A stretch of DNA of 64,000 nt from positions 1,696,001 to 1,760,000 of the forward strand of contig CBDBZU010000004.1 in NCBI GenBank assembly GCA_965213625.1, written 5' to 3'. Below are positions 31,630-42,151 of the stretch, in pieces; position 1 is the first letter of the stretch; each line of letters starts with the position of its first letter. The position numbers and the translations under genes were made by a program. The stretch is from a bacterium (GTDB lineage: Bacteria; UBA8248). The notes under the pieces were generated by a model, which was not told where the DNA came from, made no database searches, and was given only the letters and a program-made list of their open reading frames with translations.

Positions 31630-31806
31630 GAGGCAATCGACGGGGTGGACGAAAAGAACCGGACTGGCCGGGTTCGTGTGCTCGTTTTTTTGAAATTTTC
31701 AGATTCGGGGTTTGACGAATCAGTCTATCTTCGCTAATACTATGTCTATGTGGAATAGGGTGACTGATTCCGAAAGATTTCTTTTCGGATTCAGGTGGGA
31801 AGTTTG

Positions 31807-31836
31807 TTGACAAAATATAAATTTTCGATCTATTCT
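31807..31836 (+). promoter_or_regulatory. Hybrid sigma70 promoter P2 driving the resident porin (overlaps attR)
   Basis: TTGACA-18 nt-TATTCT; GTTTGTTGACAAA shared with P1. Confidence 0.72.
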
Positions 31837-32110
31837 TTTGAGAAATGAAGAATGGAATGACTATTTTTACTAATGGGATAGTGTCTACATAAGCGGCAAT
31901 TATCAGATCGCTCGATAGAACCTTGTCGACGTACGGGGCAGTATTGAAGAGAGGGGGTGATGTGAGAGCGGGAAGCCCTGTTTCAGGCGACGAAGCACAG
32001 ATTCAGAAGCATCGAACAATCAGGACATTAAAACGAAGGAAGGCGGCAACATTTTTTTGAAACCTCGATGAGGAGAAATACACATGAGGAAAATTCTGTT
32101 AGCTCTATTT
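31829..32110 (+). repeat. 282-bp inverted repeat, copy 2
   Basis: Matches reverse complement of 28720-29001. Confidence 0.93.
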
Positions 32111-33313
32111 ACGATGGCGCTCGTCTTGTCGTTCACCTTGCCCTCGTATGCAGCCGACTTGAAATTCAGCGGCTTCTTCCGGGTACGTGGTTCCAGTGAA
32201 AACGTCAACAAAGACGGTGACGATGACAGGGATGACAAAGCAAACTACCTGGACGCGCTCATCCGCCCGCGCTTCACGGCGAAAAGCGGCGCAGTCACGG
32301 CCGTGTGGGAGCCCGAGTTCGTAAGCGCGAACGGTGGCTTCGCCATCGGCCCCGGCCGGCAGACCGTCGGCGTCAACCGCTGGGTGATCGACTTCGCCGT
32401 TCCGGGCAGCGCGCTCCGCATCCGCATGGGCCGGACGGACTACTTCTCGCCGGACAAGGAAATCTATGACAGCGGCGGTCGTCATCGTGAGCCTGGCATT
32501 GCACTTTACGGCAAGCTCAGCAAGAACATGTCGCTCAGCGCGTTTATGACCAAGGCGAACGAAGACGCTGGCCCAGATAACAACGATAAGACGGATTACT
32601 ACATCGGCGTGGGTGTCAAGGTGACCCCCAATCTCACGCTCTCGCCGTGGGCGGCCAACTCCAGGGACGCTGCGGAAGGCGGTTATGACTACAGCTTCCT
32701 CGGTATCAACGCCAAGACCAAGGTGGGCATCCTGAACGTGAACGGTTCTGTCGTCATCCAGGAAGGTGACCTCTCGAGCGGTGATGAGCTCTCGGGTTGG
32801 GCCGTTCTGCTGAGGACTTCCACGACTCTCGGCAAGCTGAAGCTCAGCGGCAACCTCACGATGCTCTCCGGCAACGACGGCACCAAAGCTGGCGAAGACG
32901 GACGCTTCAGGACGCCTCAGGAAGGCGGTTCCGGCTGGTTTGTCGGCGGCCACATCATGACTTCGCGCCGCTGGACGACTCTTAACAACGGTATCAGAAG
33001 CGTGCACCTGGGCGCCTTGAACGGCGCGACTGTGCTCGAGGGGCTGGCCGATTTCAAAGTCAGCAAGACCTTGACGCTGGGCGGCGGCGTATCCCTTTAC
33101 AATTCCGCCGAACCTTCCCTCGCAGCGAACACGATGGACGCGAAGGAATTCGGCACCGAGCTCAACGCCGGCTTCAAGTGGAAGATCCACTCGAACCTCG
33201 AGCTTCGCGGTGTGGGCGCCGTTATTCTGCGCGGCGATTACGGCAGAGAGATCGGCGGTTCCGAGACGGATGACGGCTGGGCGGTCGGCTGGACGCTGCG
33301 CCACATCTTCTAG
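32084..33313 (+). CDS. Outer-membrane beta-barrel porin, resident allele
   Basis: Signal peptide, beta-strand periodicity, C-terminal W.LRHIF; GAGGAG RBS, strong terminator. Confidence 0.82.
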   Translation: MRKILLALFTMALVLSFTLPSYAADLKFSGFFRVRGSSENVNKDGDDDRDDKANYLDALIRPRFTAKSGAVTAVWEPEFVSANGGFAIGPGRQTVGVNRWVIDFAVPGSALRIRMGRTDYFSPDKEIYDSGGRHREPGIALYGKLSKNMSLSAFMTKANEDAGPDNNDKTDYYIGVGVKVTPNLTLSPWAANSRDAAEGGYDYSFLGINAKTKVGILNVNGSVVIQEGDLSSGDELSGWAVLLRTSTTLGKLKLSGNLTMLSGNDGTKAGEDGRFRTPQEGGSGWFVGGHIMTSRRWTTLNNGIRSVHLGALNGATVLEGLADFKVSKTLTLGGGVSLYNSAEPSLAANTMDAKEFGTELNAGFKWKIHSNLELRGVGAVILRGDYGREIGGSETDDGWAVGWTLRHIF

Positions 33314-33354
33314 CAATATGACGGACCTTCGCGTTCTCACTTGACGCGACGACG

Positions 33355-33385
33355 ACCGGGGGGCTTCGGCCCCCCGGTTTTTTTT
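33355..33385 (+). terminator. Rho-independent terminator
   Basis: ACCGGGGGGC-TTCG-GCCCCCCGGT-TTTTTTT. Confidence 0.9.
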
Positions 33386-33581
33386 GTATGGAAATATTTG
33401 CGACGGCATTACGCTGCAGGGACAGGCCTACGTGCCTGTCTTGATGAAGGCCTTCTTGCCGATGAAAGCGAAGGACAACCACTGAATGTTGTCCCTAAAG
33501 GACCGGACCAGGAATCACGAAGGGCAGGACAGCCCGAAAGGGTTATCCCTACGCCTGCCTTCTGGCGCTGGTTGCATATTT

Positions 33582-33857
33582 GGGGTTGTTGGAAAACACT
33601 GTTTAGAGAACCCCGAAGAAGGGAGAGTTTATCGGTTCGCTCACCGCTCTAAATAGGGCGCCTTTCCCTCACCCCGAGTAGGCGCCGAAGGTAAAACTCG
33701 ACTGAGGAAGGAGCGTTTGTATCGAAGGGCGGAGGGGAGTCGAACGCCTTGCGTTGGGGCGAGAATGCAATTCCTCTTTCATTAGTCGGAATTGACCTTC
33801 GATACGCGGTTTCACCGCTACTCAGGATGAGACGGAGAGGACTTTTTCAACAGCCCC
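33582..33857. mobile_element. MITE-like element with IS1182-type ends enclosing a REP doublet
   Basis: GGGGTTGTTGGAAAA ... TTTTCAACAGCCCC ends; internal CTCACCCCGAGTAG..GTATCGAAGGG and its inverse. Confidence 0.65.
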
Positions 33858-33979
33858 ATATGCCCACTCCGCCCGCATTTCAGACGATATCGCTTGAGGG
33901 GTTTGGCGGGGGATGGTATATCCTTGGTGCGTAGCCGCGCGTTCGTCCGAAACGACACACATCAGGGAAAGAGCGAGAA

Positions 33980-35119
33980 ATGAACAAGCACCACCTCATG
34001 GCCCCCGGTCCCACGCCGGTTCCTCACCGGGTGCTCGAAGCGATGGCGCGGCCCCTGATCCACCACCGGACGCGAGAGTTCGAGGCGCACTTCGAAGGAG
34101 CGCGGCGCGATCTGGAATGGCTCTTCCAGACGAGCGGCGACGTCATCACCCTCGCCGCTTCTGGTTCGGGCGGCATGGAGGCGGCGGTGGCGAACCTGCT
34201 CTCTCCGGGCGATTCCGCGCTCGTCATCGAGGGCGGCAAGTTCGGCGAGCGCTGGACGGAGCTTTGCGCGGCGTACGGGGTCGAGGCGGACGTCCTGGAG
34301 GTGGAATGGGGCCGTTCGGTCGACTTGAATGTTCTGGAGGCGCGCCTCGAGCGTGGAGGGCACAAGGCCCTGCTGATGCAGGCGAGCGAGACCTCCACGG
34401 GCGCCAAGCACGACGTCCATGCCGTCGCGAGGGTCGTGCGCGAGCGATCGCCAGAGACGCTCGTGGTGTTGGACGCCATCACGGCTCTTGGCGTTTATGA
34501 TCTCAAGACCGAGGATTGGGACCTGGACGTGGTGATCACGGGGAGCCAGAAAGCGCTCATGCTCCCGCCGGGACTGGCCTTCGTCTGGCTGAGCGAGCGG
34601 GCCTGGCGCGCCACGGCGGATTCGACTTCGCCCAGGTATTATTTCGACCTCGCCATCGAGCGTAAAAGCCAGATGAAGAACACCACCGCCTGGACGCCGG
34701 CGATTTCCCTTCTGGCGGGTCTGGCGGTCGCGCTCGACATGATGCGCGAGGAGGGGCTGGAAAATATCTTCGCGCGGCATGCGCAGCTTGCGCGGGCGAC
34801 GGGGGCGGCCGTCGAGGCTCTTGGTCTCGCCATATTCCCCCGCGATTTGAGGAGCGAGGCCGTTACCGCGGTCTGCGTGCCCGATGCAGTGGACGGGAAG
34901 GCGATTCCCCTGAGGATGCAGGATGCGCACGGCGTGACCATCGCCGGAGGACAAAACGGCTTGAGCGGCAAGATTTTCCGAATCGGGCATCTGGGGTATG
35001 TGGATTCCTCAGACGTGCTGGCAACAGTCGGCGCGCTGGAATCGACTCTCGCCGAGCTGGGCTATTCACTCCAAAGAGGATGCGGTCTCGCAGCGGCGCA
35101 GGAGGTGTTCAACGAATGA
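33980..35119 (+). CDS. Class V PLP aminotransferase (alanine-glyoxylate/serine-pyruvate family, likely SerC role)
   Basis: PGPTPV, ETSTG, GSQKALMLPPG, FRIGHLG; coupled to serA. Confidence 0.9.
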   Translation: MNKHHLMAPGPTPVPHRVLEAMARPLIHHRTREFEAHFEGARRDLEWLFQTSGDVITLAASGSGGMEAAVANLLSPGDSALVIEGGKFGERWTELCAAYGVEADVLEVEWGRSVDLNVLEARLERGGHKALLMQASETSTGAKHDVHAVARVVRERSPETLVVLDAITALGVYDLKTEDWDLDVVITGSQKALMLPPGLAFVWLSERAWRATADSTSPRYYFDLAIERKSQMKNTTAWTPAISLLAGLAVALDMMREEGLENIFARHAQLARATGAAVEALGLAIFPRDLRSEAVTAVCVPDAVDGKAIPLRMQDAHGVTIAGGQNGLSGKIFRIGHLGYVDSSDVLATVGALESTLAELGYSLQRGCGLAAAQEVFNE

Positions 35120-36716
35120 ACCAGTCGTTTCGCGTATTGATTGCCGAGCCGCTCTCGCTGAGGGCGCATGAGATACTTAAAGACCAGCAGGGCTTTGAAG
35201 TCATCGACCTCACCTCCTCCTCGCGTGAGGAAATACTCGAAGCGGTCAAGACCGCCGACGCGCTCATCGTCAGGAGCGGCACGCGGGTGGATGATGAGCT
35301 TCTGGGCGTAGGCGAGACGCTCAAGGTGGTCGCGCGCGCAGGCATCGGGGTGGACAACGTGGACCTCGAGGCCGCCAGTATGCGCGGCATTCTGGTGGCG
35401 AACGCGCCCGACGGCAACGTCATCACCACGGCGGAGCACACCATCGCCATGATGTTCTCGCTGGCGCGAAAGATTCCCTCGGCGGTCTCCTCCCTCAAGG
35501 GAGGGAAATGGGAGCGCAGCCGTTTCGTGGGGAGCGAGCTTACCTCAAAAACACTGGGCGTCGTGGGCATGGGGCGCGTGGGTTCGCAGACGGCGACGTT
35601 CGCCCGCAGCCTGGGTATGAACGTACTCGCCTACGATCCCTACATCTCCGCAGAAGTGCTCTCCCAGCGCGGGGTGAACCCGGTGGACTTCGAGGAACTG
35701 CTGGCCAAATCCGACTACATCACACTGCACGTGCCCAAGAACACCGAGACGGGAAACCTGATCGGCGCTGCGGAAATCGACCTGATGCGCGACGGCGTTC
35801 GCATTATCAACTGCGCGCGCGGGGGGCTGATAAACGAGGAGGCGCTGGCCGAGGCGCTCGACAGCGGAAAGGTCGGAGGCGCGGCGGTGGACGTATACCA
35901 ACAGGAGCCTCCCGACCCGGACGACCCGCTCATCGGACGGGACGACGTCGTCTGCACGCCGCATCTGGGCGCCTCGACCACCGAGGCGCAAGAGAACGTG
36001 GCTGTCAGCGTGGCGAAGCAGGTCGTGGAATATCTTACCGAAGGCGTGGTCGGCCACGCGGTGAATCTACCCTCTCTGAGTCCCGAGGTGCTCGAGCAAA
36101 TCGGCCCCCATCTGGATCTGGCCGATCGCCTGGGTGATTTCCTGGCCCAACTCGCCGGCGGGGGATTGCAAACGCTCGAAGTGGTATACGGCGGCTCCGT
36201 CGACATACCCATGAAGGCGCTGGCCGCTTCCGCCATCAAGGGGATGCTGGGCCGGTTCCTCTCCAGCGTCCGCGTGAATATGGTGAACGGCCTCCTGCTC
36301 GCGAAAGAACGCGGCATCGAGGTGAGGACGACGACTCGTACGGAGAATCTGCTCTATACGGATTTGATCGAACTTCGCGTGAAGACCGACTCGGGCGAGC
36401 GCTCCGTGGCGGGGACTTTTCTCCGCAAGAACGACCCCAGAATCGTTCGGATAGACGACTATTCGGTCGACGTGGCGCTCCGCGGCTATCTCCTCATATT
36501 CCGAAACGAAGACCGGCCCGGCATGATCGGCAAGATGGGCACCCTGCTGGGGAATCACAACATCAACATCGCCGGCATGCAGCTGGGGCGCGTATGGCAG
36601 CATGACATGGCCGTCGCCGTCCTGATACTCGACGATCCGGTGCCCGAACCCGTCATGGAAGAGGTTCGCGCCATTCCCCACGTCTATGACGCCTGCCTCG
36701 TCAGGTTGGGTTTTTC

Positions 36717-36720
<4 letters not shown>
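35116..36720 (+). CDS. serA: D-3-phosphoglycerate dehydrogenase
   Basis: RAGIGVDNVD, GMGRVG, NCARGG, TPHLGAST, C-terminal ASB/ACT. Confidence 0.96.
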
Positions 36721-39325
<2,605 letters not shown>

Positions 39326-39451
39326 TCGGATTTCTTCAACCCGGCGACTTTGTCCCGTACGGTGTTTTCCTGTGATAAAATAATTCGTTTGGATTCGGTA
39401 TAATAGACCGAATCGCACGCTTGGCCGCCAGGATTTTGGTAGGGAAAAACA

Positions 39452-40348
39452 ATGGCCCCTGAAAATGTGTCTTTAAGCTTGGCTTTCGCGGCGGGGGTGC
39501 TCAGTTTCGCCTCCCCGTGCATCCTCCCGCTGGTTCCCAGTTATCTTTCCTATTTGACGGGTTTGTCCTATGAGGAAATAAGAGAGAGCGGCGAGGCCGC
39601 CCGCGTGAGAAGCGTTATCCTGATAAATTCCCTGTTCTTCGTGGCGGGGTTTTCTATCGTCTTCATCATGTTGGGCGCCAGCGTGTCCTATGTGGGAAAT
39701 ATACTCTTTCAATATCAGGATCACGTCAGACTGCTGGGCGGCATCTTGATAACCATGTTCGGTCTTTATGTCGGCGACAGGGCCTTTGATTTCCGGCTCC
39801 AGATGTTTTTCTCGGGAAAACCGACCGGCGTGAGCGGCGCTTTCGCCGCCCTGGTATTCCTGGCGGGGCTGATGGGTCTACAATTGGGCTACCCCACACT
39901 CGGTGGCGTGCTCACGGCCGTCGCCCTATATGTCTTCATGGCCGTTTTCGCGCCAGTGCTCTCGTCTGAAAACCGTATCATGCTGAAAAGCAAGCCTGCC
40001 GGCTGGCTCGGCAGTATGCTGGTCGGTATCACGTTCGCCGCCGGCTGGACGCCTTGCGTCGGCCCGATTCTGGGCAGCATTCTATTGTTCGCCGGAACGC
40101 ATCAAACGGCGGGACAGGGCGTCGTTCTGCTGGCGAGCTATTCCGCGGGCCTGGGTGTCCCGTTCCTCTTGAGCGGTCTGGGCGTTGGTTATTTCTTCCG
40201 GTTCTATCAATCGTTCCGGCGCTATTTCCGTGGGGTCGAAATCGCGAGCAGCGCCATGCTTCTGCTGGTGGGCGTTTTGCTGATCTCGAACTACCTGAAC
40301 GCCATTTCCTCTTATCTCATCTTCTGGACGGGATTCGCGGGCATCTAG
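39452..40348 (+). CDS. ccdA: Cytochrome c biogenesis protein CcdA
   Basis: SFASPCILPL and GWTPCVGPILG. Confidence 0.88.
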   Translation: MAPENVSLSLAFAAGVLSFASPCILPLVPSYLSYLTGLSYEEIRESGEAARVRSVILINSLFFVAGFSIVFIMLGASVSYVGNILFQYQDHVRLLGGILITMFGLYVGDRAFDFRLQMFFSGKPTGVSGAFAALVFLAGLMGLQLGYPTLGGVLTAVALYVFMAVFAPVLSSENRIMLKSKPAGWLGSMLVGITFAAGWTPCVGPILGSILLFAGTHQTAGQGVVLLASYSAGLGVPFLLSGLGVGYFFRFYQSFRRYFRGVEIASSAMLLLVGVLLISNYLNAISSYLIFWTGFAGI

Positions 40349-40352
40349 CGTT

Positions 40353-40634
40353 TCAGCGCACCTCGAACGTGGCCGGCGCCCCGCTAGGTGTTATCTCCTC
40401 TTCAAGGATGTCATAGACGTTCGCCAGCGGCGGCCCCTCCCTGCACCATGCAATGAGGGCCTCGAGCGCTGAACTCTCGCCTTCGGCGACCAACTCCACG
40501 CTCCCGTCGCCTAAGTTTCTCACCCACCCGGTGAGGCCGAGTTCCCGGGCGATTTCCTGGGCGCTGCCCCGGTACCATACGCCCTGCACACGGCCCCTGA
40601 TGATGAGGCGAATCCGCCGCGTCTTCTCTTGCAT
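40353..40634 (-). CDS. acyP: Acylphosphatase
   Basis: [14 protein letters not shown]. Confidence 0.93.
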   Translation of the reverse strand: MQEKTRRIRLIIRGRVQGVWYRGSAQEIARELGLTGWVRNLGDGSVELVAEGESSALEALIAWCREGPPLANVYDILEEEITPSGAPATFEVR

Positions 40635-40813
40635 ATTGAGGCGGCGCTCACCCGGATTGCGCGCAGGTTTCGGGCAGTCTGGGTACGTCCAGCGCGCTGA
40701 TGATTCTACCGGCGAGGGTTGAATGGGCGCAGGAGTCCGGGGAATTCAAAAGGTCTTCCTCATACGCGTCCGGGGACGTAATTCGTCATGATTGGCGGGG
40801 CGCTCGTAAGGGA

Positions 40814-41581
40814 CTAATCCGAATCATCGTCATCGTCGTCTTCCCATTCCTTCTCCCTTTCTTCCTCGCGCTTTTTCTTTCGCTTCATGATGATTTTCGA
40901 GACGATGATGCTGATCTCGAACAACACGATGACGGGGCCTGCGAGAAATACCTGCGTCACCACGTCGGGCGGCGTGAGCAAAGCGGAGAGGACGAATGCG
41001 CCGACGAAGACGTACCCGCGGTTTTTCGAGAGGAATTCGGGTGTGATGACGCCGATCTGCACAAGCAGGATAGTGACGATCGGCACCTCGAACACCAGAC
41101 CGAACGTAAAGATAAGCTTGAAGGCGAAGGAGATGTAAAAACCTATCGAAATCTGGGGCGTCAGGTTTTCGGTGGCGAAGCTCAACAGAAATGCGAGACC
41201 GTAAGGAAGAATGAGGAAGTAACAGAAAAGAGCGCCGACGATGAAGCTCAGCGTCGAGAAAAACACGAAGGGCACGATGTAGCGTTTCTCCCTGTGCAGC
41301 AGCCCCGGGGCGCAGAAGCGCCAAATCTGAAACAGGATGATGGGAAGGCTGATGAACACCGAGCCGAAAAACGAGACCTTGATATGCGCGAAAAACGCTT
41401 CCGTCGGCGAGAGGAAAACGAGTTTCTGTCCGGCGATGGGACGCTGCATGAAATTAAGCAGTTCGGCAGAAAAAAAATAGGCGCCCAGAAACACGACGAG
41501 AATCGTGCCCAGGATGTAGAGTATTCTGTTGCGCAACTCTGTCAGGTGCCCGGTGAGGGGCATGGATGATTCGCCGCTCAC
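40814..41581 (-). CDS. tatC: Twin-arginine translocase subunit TatC
   Basis: HLTELRNR, QIWRF.APGL, FEVP, TPPD. Confidence 0.95.
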   Translation of the reverse strand: MSGESSMPLTGHLTELRNRILYILGTILVVFLGAYFFSAELLNFMQRPIAGQKLVFLSPTEAFFAHIKVSFFGSVFISLPIILFQIWRFCAPGLLHREKRYIVPFVFFSTLSFIVGALFCYFLILPYGLAFLLSFATENLTPQISIGFYISFAFKLIFTFGLVFEVPIVTILLVQIGVITPEFLSKNRGYVFVGAFVLSALLTPPDVVTQVFLAGPVIVLFEISIIVSKIIMKRKKKREEEREKEWEDDDDDDSD

Positions 41582-42033
41582 GTCTGCTTGTCGTCCTCTC
41601 GCGCGGGTTCGGTCTTATCCTCGGCCGCTTCGTTCTCCGTGGCGGCGGCCTCGATCTCTTGCTCGGCATCGCCTGCCTCTGGCGTGGGTTCGTCCGTTTC
41701 TGTCCGGATAGGATCTGCGGTCTGCTCCGCCGTGTCGTTTTCTTCTTCTTTATCTTCTTCCTGATCGCCTGCGTCGTTGTCGTCGTCTTTTTCGTCGTCT
41801 GATTCCTCGTCGCTTGTTTTTTTCTCTTTTTCCTTGCCTTCCTCATCCAGCACGTCGAGATCGTAATCGTCTTCCATGCTGAAGCTGCTCTGGAAGTCCG
41901 ACGTTGCGCGCTTGAAGTCGCCCAGGGCCTTTCCGAGCGTACGGGCCAACTCCGGTAGACGCTTGGGTCCGATGACGACCAGGGCGACCACCATAATTAC
42001 GATTAACTCCGTCATTCCGATGCTTCCGAACAA
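41578..42033 (-). CDS. tatB: Twin-arginine translocase subunit TatB/TatA
   Basis: TTG start after AGGAG; FGSIGMTELIVI..VALVVIGPKRLPELAR; acidic tail. Confidence 0.85.
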   Translation of the reverse strand: MFGSIGMTELIVIMVVALVVIGPKRLPELARTLGKALGDFKRATSDFQSSFSMEDDYDLDVLDEEGKEKEKKTSDEESDDEKDDDNDAGDQEEDKEEENDTAEQTADPIRTETDEPTPEAGDAEQEIEAAATENEAAEDKTEPAREDDKQT

Positions 42034-42151
42034 GGCTGCTCTCCTCAGGAATAGACCACGTATTTGGGTTATACCAAAACACACGCGCATGGTGAACGAG
42101 CTTACCGGTAAAGGGCTATGATCCTCATGCGCTTTCTGCTACATTTGGTGA

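Larger units (their letters stand above)
15570..31839. mobile_element. Tyrosine-recombinase integrative element / genomic island (~16.3 kb) inserted in the porin promoter
   Basis: TCTATTCTTTT direct repeat at 15570-15580 and 31829-31839; two integrases next to the right end; ssb, TA pairs and other mobile-type cargo. Confidence 0.8.

Noticed and set aside
15300-31900. tRNA or tmRNA gene as island target; prophage or integron interpretation
   Set aside because: No tRNA-like sequence seen at either end, no phage structural genes, no attC array; the integrases have arm-binding domains unlike IntI
27529-33409. Long antisense ORFs over both porins (27529-28467, 32105-33409)
   Set aside because: Expected antisense open frames from biased codon usage; no RBS or recognisable domain
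40814-42033. Very acidic low-complexity tails on TatB and TatC
   Set aside because: Variable charged tails are common in Tat subunits
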